Made by a program: the position numbers and the translations under genes. Below, in pieces: positions 1 through 37,700 of a DNA stretch of 64,000 nt. How positions within the stretch are numbered: position 1 is the stretch's first letter; each line of letters starts with the position of its first letter. The notes under the pieces were generated by a model. It did not search any database. It was not told where the DNA came from and saw only the letters and a program-made list of their open reading frames with translations. The DNA is taken from positions 248,001 to 312,000 of the forward strand of contig JBODTK010000110.1 of assembly GCA_050613775.1 (NCBI GenBank), read 5' to 3'. The DNA comes from Neocallimastix sp. 'constans'. Lineage: Eukaryota.

Positions 1-6400
<6,400 letters not shown>

Positions 6401-6544
6401 TTTTTTTTTCTTTTCTTTTCTTTTATTTTTGGTTCTTTCTGAACTGTATTATTATTTCCTTCTTTTTTTAATTACTTTTTTTAATTACTTTTTTTAATTA
6501 CTTTTTTTAATTACTTTTTTATTTTCTTTTTTTTTCCTGCTTTG

Positions 6545-6587
<43 letters not shown>

Positions 6588-7167
6588 ATACTATACTAAA
6601 TTAAAATATAATTTTAAAAAAATTTATATATATATATTTCTTTTCTTTTTTTTCTTTTTATTTTTCTTTTTACTTTTATATGTGTTAAAAGCATGCAATT
6701 ATTTTTATTTCATGATTAAAAATATAATATATATTTTAATATTTAATTTATTAAAACTTAAATTTTGAATATATCTATTACATAAAATAAAAAAATAAAA
6801 TTCATTTCAAAATCACACCAAAATTTTTTAAAATAAAAAAAAAAAATTTAATTAAAAAGTTTAAAAACATGAAATAAAAACAAAACTTTAAAAACAAAAT
6901 AAAAAATTATAATAATTAAAGTTTATTATTTATATTATTATTTTTATTTGATATTTAATTTATATTATTAAATATTTGTTTTTTATTATAATTATTATAA
7001 TTATTATTATATATTATATATTATATATTATTTATTATAATATTTTAATATTTATTTACATTTAATTTTTCCTTCTATTTATCTTGAGTAATAATCTAAC
7101 CATAAAATATATTTTTAAAATAATATATTTATTTTTACTAATCTATAATTTTTATAAAGTTTTATTC

Positions 7168-7269
<102 letters not shown>

Positions 7270-7395
7270 TATAATTTTATGTTAATAAGATATTATTTAA
7301 TTCTATTTTCATTATTATTATTTTTTTTTTAAAATAAAAAAAAAATATGTATTTAGCAATACTATATATTAATAATGATAATAACATTTTTTTTT

Positions 7396-16685
<9,290 letters not shown>

Positions 16686-16763
16686 TTTATGAATTATTTT
16701 ATTATATATATATAAATAAAAATATATATATATAGAAAAATGAATGCTTTATTTTATAATTAG

Positions 16764-16801
<38 letters not shown>

Positions 16802-18001
16802 AAAAGTATATGTTTTATATCATTAATACTTTATGCAAATAATTCTTTATATATTTAATAGGTAAAAAAAATGATAATACTTTATTATTTATTTTCATAT
16901 ATATATATATATGAAAGATAAATATGTAAAAATAATATTATGATGTTGTATATTTGCTTTTGTATTTAATAACTATTTGTACTTTTATTGATTTATTATA
17001 TATATATTAAACAGGCTTATATTTTATTCAATATATTTTATATAAATATTAATGAATATATAATTAATAAATTTTAACTTTTTTTCGACTTTCTTCTCTC
17101 AAAATATGAAATTTTTAAATTTAATAAAAATATATAACAATTTTATTTATTATATAATGAGAAAATAGATATTATAATTAAAAAAAAAATAATATATTAT
17201 AATTTTAAGATTTTTGAATAAGAAATATTCAAAAATTTTAAAATTATAAAACAAATTTTTATATTTAAAATTTTTCAAATCTTAAATAATATGATATACC
17301 TTAAATAGAAATAGGATAAAGGAAATAACTATATCTAATAATAAAATAATAGTAGTATTAATAAATATATATATATAATAAGTAAATATATAAAAAAAAA
17401 ATTAACAAAAAATTTTAATATTTTTAATATAATAGAAACAATATTAATTAATAATATTAGTATTAATATTAAATGAAAATAATTTATCCAAGAACATAAT
17501 TAAAATAGATGTAATTATACATAATTATATATTCAATAAATTTTGGTATTTGTATAAAATTACATTTTTATTTTGAAAATTTTATATAAAATTTTTTATT
17601 ATAAATTATAAAAAGTATTAATTTAATTTGTAATTAAGCTATAGTGTATTAATATTAAAAATTATAATAAAAAGATATACATATTTTTATAAGTTATTTA
17701 TACATAGTATAACTTTCTAACAAACATAAAAAATTAATATATATATATATATAATATTACAAATAAAGTATTTTTTTTAATAGGAAAAAAAGAATGAAGA
17801 AAAATTATAATGAAGTAGAAATATAAAAATTTGTTAAGTAAGAAAGTTAAAATAATTACATTAAATATTAATTTAATTTCATTTAGAACGATTAGAACAT
17901 AACTATAAAAATGATTTATAATGATTTTTTAATATTAATGTATAAAACTTTATATATTTTATTTTTATGTATTAATAGATTATTAAATAATTCTATTTCT
18001 A

Positions 18002-18202
<201 letters not shown>

Positions 18203-18637
18203 TAATAATAATAATAATAAAAATAATAATAAAGAAATAAATATTTAACAATTATATTAGCAATAAAAATTTAATTAAAAAAACATATTCCTATAACATT
18301 AAATATATTATTAGATTATTAAATAATATATTTAATTTATAATATTTAAGTAAAAATTAAATATATATATATATATATTTATTTTTTTCTATACAAAAAA
18401 ATTTATAATATATAATATTGATTTATGTTTTATTTAAATTATGATTAATTATACATGTAATTACTGAATTACTTATTACTACATTATAAATATTTAGATA
18501 TTCTACTTATTACAAAATTAAAATATTACAGATTTAAAGATGTTTAACATATTTTGTTTAATAGATATTATTTTTTTTTTTAAAAAAATTATTATGAATG
18601 TAATTATAAAACGCTTGATTATAAATTGTTTACCGTA

Positions 18638-19130
18638 TTATTCCTCTAATTTAATTGATATTTTTTTATTTTTGAAAAATAAAATAAAATTAATAAAATA
18701 TAAAAAAAATTATTAACAATTAATTTAATTAAAAAATGAATTTTTGGTATTTATAATATTTTACTTAATTTATTTAAACATACCAATTTTTGGAGCGAGA
18801 TAGTATCTAACAAAACCAACTTCGTTTATTTTATATTCAACTAACAATGGAACTTCATTAGACATACTAAGAGTAACTGAAGAAGCTAATGGAGTAGCTT
18901 TAGTAAAGTTTAATAAATATTTTAATGAGAAAGTTAAAGAACAATTTTGTTGAAGATCGATAGTAGTAGATTCTTCTTGATCTATTGAAGCACCTTGCTT
19001 AATTGTAATGTTACCAGCTCCTAAATCACCTACAGCTTGAAATTTAACACCTTCTTTTGTACAATCAATTGTAACTATAATGATTTATATATTTATATAA
19101 CATTGAATGTCAGATTATGTTTTTATTTCT

Positions 19131-19171
<41 letters not shown>

Positions 19172-19388
19172 TATATTTTCATTTATTTTATTACCAGATT
19201 CACTTAAAGTACTTAAATCACGACAAATACGTTGAAATTCAGCAGATGACATTTTAACAACAGCATCATATGAAGTTTCTGGAATACCTAAATGATCACT
19301 GTCAATATCCATAAGTTTTAATTCAAATTGACTAGTTCTATCTCCAGCTAAAATTATAATTTATAAAATATTTTGAAATAAATTAATT

Positions 19389-19436
<48 letters not shown>

Positions 19437-19776
19437 AATATTCTTATTAATACATACTTTCATTTTCGAAAGTAAGATTTAAAGAATCGCCATTTTCATC
19501 AGCTTCAATAGTGATAGTATCATCATTAGCACCACATTTTAATAATTTTGCGAAATTAGTAATACTTATACCAAGTGAAAGATTTCTATCACAACGATAT
19601 GGTTCAAAAGCGTTAGCACGTAATAATAAAGCAACTAAAGCAACATGTGAATTATCCATAGCTTGTAAAGCAATTCCTGAATCATTACAATCAAAGTTAG
19701 CATCAGTAACTAATTCTTTGATAGCTTCAATAATTTTTTTTAATAAAGATCCTTGTTGTAAACGAGCTTCAAGCAT
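18638..19776 (-). CDS. PCNA: Proliferating cell nuclear antigen (DNA sliding clamp), 4 exons: 19776-19458, 19347-19195, 19074-18784, 18645-18638
   Basis: [65 protein letters not shown] (K164 context); [10 protein letters not shown] after splicing. Confidence 0.97.
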
Positions 19777-20939
19777 TTTACTCTATATAATTAAATATTG
19801 AATGAATAAAAAAAGGTTAAGATTTTGTAATATAAAAATTGACTTTTTTTTTTATAAAAAATTAAATAAAAGCGAGTGACAATGAAAATAATTTAATTTC
19901 ATTGGTTAAATAAAAATTAATAAATTTTTATAAAAAAATTGAAATATACATATTTATAAATTAAAATTGTTAAAATATAACAAAATCTATTTTGAAATAT
20001 ATTAAATTTTAATTTGAAATTCATTGTAATAAAATTACAATGAATTTATTTGTAATAAATTATTTTATACATTTCAAACATTTTTAGAGACTTATTATCA
20101 AGCCACAAATACTATAAAAGAAATGTAATATCTTAAATTGCTAATTGATAAAAATAACAAAAATATTAAACTAATAAATAAAGTTTATATATAAATTTAC
20201 ATATTAAAAAACTAGTTTTAACTATTAAAAATTATATTTAATATAATATTTTTCAAAGTTAAAAAAATAAATAAATAAAATTAAATAAAAAAAAAATTAA
20301 ATCTAAGGTTTTTTTTTTACAAAATTGATTTAAACTTATAGTATGATTTTTGTCTAAATGTATAATAAAATAATAAATAATACTTTAATGTAAAATCTTA
20401 ATTTATAATAATTTTTTAATCATTCCATTATAAACATAATATATTAATAATAAACACGTGTATTATTTATTTTTCAATTTAAATTACTTAAATTTTATAT
20501 AAAAATACATAAATTTATGTAACATTTTCTTTTTTTATAATATATAATATTTTATTAATAAATAAACTTTATAAAAAACCAATTTTTTAAAGTAATTTAA
20601 AAATAAGTTTATGGAAACAAAAATAAAATTTTGGAATTAAGATAAATAGAAAATAAAACAAAAACTAAAACAAAAAACAAAAAAATTAGAAAAAAATACA
20701 TAAACCATTTTATAATTATAAAAGCAAAATAAAATCAAAAAAAGCTTACAAAAAGTTAAGTTTATAAGTATATTCAATTAATAAATAATTTAATAAATAT
20801 ATAGTTAAATTTAAATTTATTTATAAAGATATTTAAATTTAAGACTAAATATATATATATAATATTTTTTTTTATTGAGCAGAAGTATGTAATGAATAAA
20901 AATTAATAATATATTATTATTATTTATTAACAATAATAA

Positions 20940-21628
20940 AATAAACGTCGACGCCAAGAATATCAATTTCAATTCATTATAATGAAGAGGGAAATTCAGA
21001 ATCTATTATTATAAAAATAATACGAATATGATGATATTTTTACATTAAATAATATTTAATATATGTATTATATATTCTAACAAAAGAATTGCGATTAGGC
21101 CAGAACTAGGTTTGCTGATTCTTGCAAAGAAATGACCAAAATATTTAGAAAAATAATCACACTGTATAAAAGCAATTGATAATTCAGATAGTGAATATAA
21201 TACATTTATTTATATATATATAAGAGAAGCAATTATTTCAAAAAATGTTGAAAGAAAGTGAACTGATAAAACTTCAATTAGACTATTTTATGGAGAAGTT
21301 AATAGATAAAATGAATAATTTAATATAGATATATCTTAAAATATTTAAATAAATGGAAAATTAAATTATATAGTTTTTTAATAAATAAATAAACATATAA
21401 ATAATAATAATGATAAATGTATTAATTATAATATTAATAAAAATACTAATAATAATACTAATAATACTACTAATAATAATAAGGTAAGATAAAATGGTTT
21501 AATTAGAAGTTACCCTTGTTTAGTTGATAATATAGCAACTTTGGTAGCGTTATAAATGCAAACTATATATGATGATTATGATAAAAGTAAACATGTTATA
21601 GAATATTTAATCTCTAGTTGATATTATA

Positions 21629-21699
<71 letters not shown>

Positions 21700-21766
21700 T
21701 AAAACTAATGCTAATAGTACAGATAATACCATAAATAATAATAATAATAATAATAATAATATTAAT

Positions 21767-21854
<88 letters not shown>

Positions 21855-21883
21855 TTAATGCTAATAGTACAGATAATACCATA

Positions 21884-21934
<51 letters not shown>

Positions 21935-22680
21935 GAAAACTAATGATAATATTATATCAAAAGCAACAACATAAATAAAAATATTCATAATTATATACAA
22001 ATTATTAATATATAGTGATTCAGATAGTTTGAATGAATTCATTCCTTCATATCATTATGAAACAAAAGATCCTGAAGAATGGGAACAATTAATTTATAAA
22101 AAATATTAAACTTTTTCTGGAAAATTTGTTTATATGGCTAGAATGCTGTAATATTTTAAATAATATATATTATATAATGGTAATAGTAATAGCGATAGTT
22201 AATGATTTATAAATTAAATGTTTTTTTTTTTTTTTTTTTTTTTGTTAAAAAATAAATGTCTTAGGTGTATTCGTCAATGGGAATTTTATGAATCTTCATT
22301 TTTCCCTGCTTGTAAAAGTACTCAACCAAATGGTCTTTTCCAAAAAAAGAACTAAGAAATTGTTAATTAGTGTAAATTATTCAGAGATGCATATAATAAA
22401 TTTAAAAAATTAAATGAGTAAAAAAAATTAATAAAAAAGTAACAAAAGCAAAACAAAACAATAAAAGAAAAGAAAAAGAAAAGTATTACTATTAAATATA
22501 TATATATATATATAGAAAATTCTTTTTTCTCAAATGTTTTATAGAATGAAGTAACAGTGGACATCAGATACTATCGTATTTGATTATAATTCACAAAGAA
22601 CAAAAAAAGATTATCATTTAACAATTGTTACTCCTCAGGCTAATTTAATTAATAGTTTGACTTGTTATTCAATAAAATAC
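20940..22680 (+). pseudogene. Decayed FERM-domain gene of KRIT1/FRMD8 type
   Basis: Collinear fragments with multiple in-frame stops: IAIRPELGLLILAKK*PKYLEK*..IREAIISKNVERK*TDKTSIRLFYGE (21085-21297); NGLIRSYPCLVDNIATLVAL*MQTIYDDYDKSKHVIEYL (21493-21610); DSLNEFIPSY..EEWEQLIYKKY* (~22023-22110); IRQWEFYESSFF (~22270-22305); LSFTIVTPQANLINSL (~22610-22660). Confidence 0.7.
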
Positions 22681-25169
22681 AAAGAAAAGAAAAATATAAT
22701 ATGAATATTATATTTTAATTTTAATATATATATTTTTTCATTATATATTTATAAATATATATATATATATATTTATTTTAATAATAATAATAATAATAAC
22801 AATAAAAATAGCTTTTAAATGACATACAAAGAGAAAAATTCAAGAAGAATAATAATAAAAGTAGAATTTTAAATGTAACAACAATACAAATAATAGTAAT
22901 AATAATAATAACATGATGTCAAAAATGTGTTAATATCAGAAAAAATGGAAAAATTACTAAATATAATGAAATAAAAAGTATAACAATGATTATGATATAT
23001 ATTTAAAGTAATTAGGGTTAATTTTAATTATTATATGCCAGATTTAGATTTTTATTTTAATATTACAAAAAGTCAATATAATATTTATAATAATAAATGA
23101 TGATATATTTATTAATGACAGTAATACTTTATAAATAAATATAATTAAATTAATAATAAAAAGAACAAACAAGATTAATAATATTAATAGTAAGTATTCT
23201 TATTGATTATATAATCAAATGTAGAAAAGAGAAAAAAAAATATAAAAAAGAAAAAACTCTCTTGCTTTTTATAGTTTAAAAAGTAATAAAAAATTTAAGG
23301 TTTTTCAATTTTAAATGTATTTGGTTAAACCAACATATAAATTTATATAATTATATTTTGATTTAATATATAAGATTTAATGATTATTAATAATATTATT
23401 ATTTAAATTATTAAAGAAAAGCAAATACAAAAAAAAAAAAAAAAAAAAAAATAAAACAAAGCCAGAAATAATTATAAAAAAAAATATTAATAATTATAAA
23501 AACAAAATAGTATATATAAAGTATTTGGTTAATAAAAAAAAACATAATAATTTTTATTTAATAATAATTTTATTTATTATTTATAATATTAATATACATT
23601 TCATATAATCATATTATTATTATCATTATCATTATTATTATTTTTAAATACCATTTTTAAAATTATTATATTTTTCAAAAAATTTGTTTTCTTTTGATAG
23701 TGAAGAATTTATATAAAATGGTACTTAATCTTATTAAATACAAAAACTTTATTATAATAATTGAAGTTTTATTAACATTTTAGCATTTTAGTTCTTTTAA
23801 AAATAAAACAACACAATCTTAAATGATATTAAAATTGATAATTAAAACTATAATTTTATAAATTATAGTTTTATTTATATTAATAATATTACTATTTAAT
23901 AATTTTTAATAATTATTATTATAATATATATAAGAAATCTATTTGATGTAATCGATGGTAAAATTATTATTAATAACATTTATATTTAAAAATAACTATA
24001 TTTCTTATATTTTTTTATTATTATTATTATTATTTTTTTATTTAAATGATATGAAATATAAAATAGATATTTTTTTTAAAAATTATTTATATACTTTTAA
24101 TATTATTATTAATCTTTAATAATATGTAATATTTAATAAATTATAATTTTATTTATATGTATTATAGATAATTGTATAAATATTTTAATTATTAATTATA
24201 GTCAATATTTAAATTAATATTAATATTTTAAAATATTATTATATATAATATATAATAATGGATTAAAAAAAAAAAAAAATAAAAAAAATTAATTCGAGGA
24301 AGGTGTTCATTTTTTTTTTTTACAAAAATTTTTCGGATAATGTGAACTTGTATAAATTCTTATTAACTGAAGATTTATAAAATTATAGAATCATATGTTT
24401 AAATATATTTATATCAAAAAATTGTTTTTTAGAATATGTGAATTGAAATTTTTTTATTAAATTAAAGGAATTAATATTAATATTATTATATAGTATATAA
24501 TAATAAATAATCATAATTTGAAAAAAAAATTTATATTAACAATATTAATAGTCAAATATAATACATATTATGTCATTTAATATTTTATTCTTTTGAAAGA
24601 CAAGACTTTTATGACCATAAAAATTTATATGAAAAACTTGATATTTAAAAAAAAAATACAAACAATTATATATTATTTAATTTTAACAAATATTATTATA
24701 CTTTTTTATATATGAAAATAACAATTCATACGCATAAAAAATATATATCATAATATAAAAAGTTATTTAATCCAAAAAAAAAACTATTATAAATCACTTT
24801 ACATATTTATACCTAAGGATTAATCGATAATATTTTATATTTTGAAATAATAATTTGTTTTATATATATATATATTTCAATTTTTTCAATAATATGTATG
24901 TATAAATCAATTATCATCTAAAAATAATAATTTTAACATTCATAAAAATAATCAAGAGGTTGGGATCTTATAATAAAAATTTAAACTAAAATATTAAAAT
25001 TCAAATTCATAGCATAACTTAGAAGATATCCATATATAAAAATAATATATATATATATTTATATTTATTCATGTAACAACATAATTAATATATAATACAA
25101 TCCACAATAAAGTATTTTAATATTAGATTAAAATATATTCAAATAAAATATATATATTATATATACAAC

Positions 25170-32109
<6,940 letters not shown>

Positions 32110-32143
32110 TTTAAGAATTTTTAAAACAAAAATTTTTTTAATT

Positions 32144-32309
<166 letters not shown>

Positions 32310-33949
32310 TAAAATAAAATTATAATAAATTTTTTTTTTTTTTTAAAAAAAAAAAAATTTATTATATATCAATTTATTATGTAGATTAATATTATCTAAT
32401 TTTAATAAAATTGCATATACAAACATTATATCTTTAAAAACATAATAAATCAAATGATATTTATAAATAAGCAAAAGTATAAATGATATCATTAATATTA
32501 CAAAAATAATAATAGCAAAAAAAGTAAAATAATATAAAAAAATATTAATATTATTTAAAAAAATGTTTTATTTATTAATAAATTAATATATTATTATCTT
32601 AAATATATAAAATAAAAATAAAAAAAGTTGAAATAAATAAACAAAAAATTTTTTTTTGTTTCATTCATTCGCTCTTTATTTATATATAAATTTTAAGTTT
32701 AATATCAATTTATTTTATACGTATTAATTAGATTTATGTCATTGATTTAGTTAAAATAATAAATATTAAGATATTGTATATTTTTATTTTTTTTGTTTTT
32801 TTTATTTTTTATTTTTTATTTTTTTATTTTTTTTTTAATGGAATGCTTATTAAAAAAGTCAATTTTTTTTCTTGTGTTTGTGGTTGAATTATTAATAAAT
32901 ATTTTTAGTTCTTATTTTAATAATTTAAATTTCTTGTTGAGATTTTTGATATAATTTACTGATTATATCAAAAAGCTTAATTTGGTAAACTTTTAATTAA
33001 GTATATTATATCTAATGATACTATATAAATTAAAAATATAGAATTTTTTATATATTGGATGATAAATAATATTTAAATATAATAATAAAATATTTAAAGT
33101 AATTATGGTGATATTTAGATAGTTATGATAGTTGTTGATTCTATATATGATATATATTTCGTCGATTATGTATATATCCATATATAGATATATCGTATAA
33201 TTCAAATAAAAAAAAATGTATTAGTAAATTTGGATTAAGATTATACTACTATAATATTTTATCTATCTATTTTTATGTAATATTTAAATTGAAGATTTAT
33301 AATAAAATATTAAAATTAAATAATTATGAAATTAATAATTACTTTAATGTTAAATAGTATTAAATAAAAAAGACTAGAAAAAGACAGGAAATTTAAGAGT
33401 AATAAAAAAAATAATTTTTTTATAATATTACTATTATTAATTATATTATTATTATTACTTTTTCAATTATTATTAATATTCTTATTATATATATATATAT
33501 ATATATGAATAATATTATTATTATTATTATATTTTTTAATAATAATAATTAACATATGAGTATTATCTTTATTTTAATTTTATATTCGTCTTAACAAATT
33601 TCTTAAATTCTTCAAAAGATATTCTACTTTATTGTATAGTATGTTCTCCTATTCTTCTATCATTAAGAACGTATTTTCATCCATTTTTTCAATAGCTTCT
33701 TGTGATATGACCATATTTAATTATATATCAATAATGCTATTACTTATTATATTAAATACTTAATATGTATAATACTAATAATAATAATAATAAGTAGATT
33801 AATTTTTATAAAATATATATATATTAATATATATATATATATTATGATTATTAATATGTCATATTCAATTCTATTAAGCACAAGATATATACTTTCCAAT
33901 TTTCTTTTCATATTTAATGACAATCTTTTAATTTATAAATATAAAATAT

Positions 33950-34760
33950 ATGTTAGTATTAATATTCTTCAATTCCATCATGATTCTCCTTCATTTGATA
34001 TTTTGGTATTTTTAAACTTTTAGAAATCATTTATTTCTGAATGATTTCTATTGCAAATATCCCAAGCATTATGTTAAATCTTGTAATATTTACAATAGAA
34101 TCAAATCCTCAAGATATAAGTCTTACGTCTTATTCCAATCACTTTCAATTTCTATCAAACCTTGGAATTTCATTTCCATGGACTTTATTACAATCCTTTC
34201 CTCTATTAATGGCTTTTCTGTCATTATTTCTGCAATTGATCGTTTTACCAAAATGGGTTATTTCATTTCTTTGTTTATTAAGATTTTAACCATAAGTTTT
34301 TAATTGACCTCCCTAATGAATCCCTTGTTCCTGAAGTTGAATCAAAAATAACTAATTTACATAAGTTATGGAATCTATTTAAAGAAAATATTTCTACAGC
34401 TCAGTTTAGATACAAAAAATATTTTTTCTGATAATAAAAAACTGGATCTTCTTAAATTTAAATAAATGATAAAGTATGGTTTATCAATGACTGTGGATTT
34501 TTTAACTCTAAAAAAGAAATATGGACCTTTATCTATTGTCAAAATTTTAGATAACAATAAATGAAATCGTTATTATCCAGGTTTTCAGGTTTCTTTATTG
34601 GAACCGTAGACTGGCAATCCCCCTCCAATATTAGTCAATGATTATTTCGAATATGAAATAAATGATATTATCCACACTCTTATTTACAAGAGAACACTCC
34701 AATAATTAATTGACTGGAAAGGATATCCTGAAGATCGTTATTGAAAAAATAAATTAAATT
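33950..34760 (+). mobile_element. Degenerate Ty3/Gypsy (chromovirus) integrase-chromodomain remnant
   Basis: YVKSCNIYNRIKSSRYKSY..KPWNFISMDFIT..AIDRFTKMGYFI; PPPILVNDYFEYEINDII..LIDWKGYPED; frameshifts and stops. Confidence 0.8.
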
Positions 34761-34869
34761 TTTATGAATTAAATTTTTATAATTTAAACCAATTAAATAA
34801 ATTATATACTAAAATATTTTAATATTAATAAATAAATAAAAATAATAAATTTTACAAAATAAATATTCG

Positions 34870-36176
34870 GATTCGAAATCGCAAACTTAGCTATAAATTC
34901 TAAGTATTAAACATTAAGATATATCATTCATTTCTGTGATCCGTTACATGGTCCCGCTTGAGGATTCGGATACTAGACGAATCAAAGTTTTCATTATGTT
35001 TGTTTTAAGTATCTATAAATTAATCTAAAGCTATTAGATTATGTTAAAATAAAACTACTTACTAACTAATTTAATGTATTAAACTAAACTAAACTATTTA
35101 CATATTAATTTAAATTATTAAATTAAACTAAGCTATATACAAATCAATTTTATTACAATTAATGTATAAATGAGTTAATATTTATGAGAGTTTTTAAATT
35201 CCTTCAAAAGTTCAGGACAATTCAAGTTTTCTTCTGGTTCCCATGACGATTCACTTAGAGGATATCCTTTCCACTTTATCAAGTATTGTATCTTACCGTA
35301 ATGTTTTCTTTGATCCAAAATTTCTTCGACTTCGTATTCTTCGACATCATTTACAATAATTGGAGGTGGAGGAAATTGCTATCTTCGTAGTAGGGTTCTA
35401 AACTAGATACATGCACAACAGGATGAATTTTAATGTTTTTGGGAAATTTCAATTTAAACGAAACTTTAGAGACTTTCTTCATTATCTTAAATGGTTCTAA
35501 TTTACGAGGATTAAATTTCTTATTGTCCAAGGGAAGTATTAGAGAACTATCTAACCAGACCTTGTCATTAACTCTGAAATCGGGTGGCTTGATTTTGTAT
35601 TTATCTGTAAGCTTCTTTTGTGTTTCGTTTGCTTGTTTGAGATTTACTTTTAATTCTTCTATTAACTCATTTAAATTTCGGGTAAGTTCTTCTGTTCTAG
35701 GAACATTAACTTTATTTGGAATAACAAATGAATATTTGGGATAATAACCATAATTCAAGAAAAAGAGTGATTGTTTTGTGGAATCTTGGATTGCATTGTT
35801 GTAACTAAATTCAGCTAACTTTATAAATTTATACCAATTGGTTCCTTTATAGTTGGAAAAGCATCTTAAATATTGTTCAATAAAGGAATACACTCTCTCC
35901 TTTTGGCCGTTCGTTTGATGGTGAAAAGGAGAAGAAAATTTAAGATCAACAGATAAAACTTGGAAAACTGCTTTCTAAAATTTGGAAGTGAATTGTGAAC
36001 CACAATCTGAAATTATTTTGGTAGTAAGTCCATGAAGACAAAAGATACCATAAAGAAAGCAATAGCAGCTTCTTTAGTAGAAGGAATACCAGCAAAAGCA
36101 ATAAAATGTCCCATTTTAGTTAATCGATCTACAACAACAAGAATACATGCGAAATCATTAGATGAAGGGAGATGAT
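34870..36176 (-). mobile_element. Ty3/Gypsy chromovirus remnant: integrase core, GPY/F region, chromodomain, PPT and probable start of the 3' LTR
   Basis: ILVVVDRLTKMGHFI, IISDCGSQFTSKF*, FHHQTNGQKERV, AEFSYNN, IHPVVHVSSLEPY, EYEVEEILD..YLIKWKGYPLSESSWEPEENL. Downstream AAGCGGGACCA is followed by TGTAACGG starting at 34948 on the minus strand. Confidence 0.9.
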
Positions 36177-36179
36177 GCT

Positions 36180-37700
36180 CCTGTTAAAGAGGAACCTCTA
36201 AATATTCGAACAAATACAATTAATAAATTTCATATTCAAAACATTAAAATTACAAATGAAAACTTTCAAAATGGTATACAGACTTGAAATTATTCCTTGA
36301 TTCCGAAGAATTAGGTGATTATATATCAAAGAATATTAAAGATGTAAATACTAATAAAAAACATTTAAAATATGACAGTACCGTCAGGATTTCAATATTG
36401 AATAGTCTTGACAAATATACAAAAAGTCTATTAAATAATTGCACAAGTGCATAGTTAATTATAAATGAATTGGAAGAAAGATTTTCATAAACAGACCCAT
36501 CTATATTATTCGAAATTGAAATGAAGATAAAGAAATTAGAAATTGAAAACGATGACTTTAAGCTGTATTTATATAATCTTAACTTGTTGTTTACAGAATA
36601 TAATAACGAGGCAAAATTACAAAATAAATCAGAAAGTGAGTGAAGAAACAAAAGTTTTATATTGATTAGAGGAATTAAATAAAGTCTGAATTGCATATTC
36701 ACACTTCGATAAGTTGAAAAGATATTTAAAATTTAAAAGAAAACATAATAAAACTAAATGCTATAATCAAGAAAAGCTAAAGTATTAAAAGAGTAGAAAT
36801 CAAAAAGTATATCAACACAAAGATCAAATTAACAGAGTCAGAAATGGGAAACTTCCTATAATTTCAATAAAGAAACAAATTCCAATTAATACTGTTATTA
36901 TTGCCATAAAAATGGGCATACTACTGATAACTGTTTTTTCAACCCATCACATTTACCAAATAATAACTATAATGGAGAAAAGAAAAATAACAATAATAAA
37001 TAAAAAAATAAAAATAAAAATAAAAGAACATCTTTAAACAGAAAAGAAGTAAAAGAAACTTCTAACATTAATTATGAAGAGCAAAGTAATTTAGATTCAT
37101 ATTCAGATCCATCATTAGATTTCTTTTTCAATATAACAACTAATAATGTAAAAAAATAATAATAATAACAATTCAATAACTCCTAGGAACATAGTAAGGG
37201 TAAATAAAATATAGGCAGAAATCTTAAAAGAAGAAAATAATGATAAGGAAGATAAAAACAAAGAGTCATGGATCATTGATAAAAGAATAGGAATAAACTT
37301 ATCTAAAAATATAAAAATTTTATTAAACATTGAAGAAATTACTAATATAGGGATTACATACCCAAATGGACAATCTAATGAAATATACAAAAAGGGTATG
37401 TATAAAGGAATATATAAAAATAATAATTTTTCTATTGGAGAAGTATATAATACTCCAAACATACAAAATAAATTAATATTTACTCATTACCTATGCTAAA
37501 AGGGCTTTAAATTAGTTATGGAAATGAGCAACAATATAGAAAGACTCCAAATATTTAAAAATAATAAGCAAATTACTACCATCTATACAAATAATAAAAG
37601 CCTTTTTATTTTAAATACAAGTCCAATGAAAGATATAGATATTATAGAGACAAATATAAGAACTATATATATTAAAAAATTTTTTTTTCCAAATTAAAAA
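36180..37700 (+). mobile_element. Degenerate Ty1/Copia-like gag-protease remnant
   Basis: Gag N-terminal-like KITNENFQ/KWYTDLKLFLDSEELGDYI; CCHC zinc knuckle CYYCHKNGHTTDNC at 36893-36934; protease-like SWIIDKRIG (decayed WIIDSG); EVYNTPNIQNKLI (cf. VxYVPxLxxNLIS); many stops. Confidence 0.7.

Noticed and set aside
21085..21610. Stop-codon reassignment (TAA=Gln, TGA=Trp) as an explanation for the FERM stops
   Set aside because: Intact genes in the window end in TAA/TAG and have no internal stops; other lesions indicate decay.
21700..21890. Short duplications (TAATGCTAATAGTACAGATAATACCATAAAT x2; also ~54225/54313 and a 14-mer x4 at ~6468)
   Set aside because: Ordinary slippage-type duplications in AT-rich non-coding DNA with no sign of function.
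33585..33720. Minus-strand fragment RISFEEFKKFVK resembling an EF-hand end
   Set aside because: Too short, interrupted by stops, no supporting exons.
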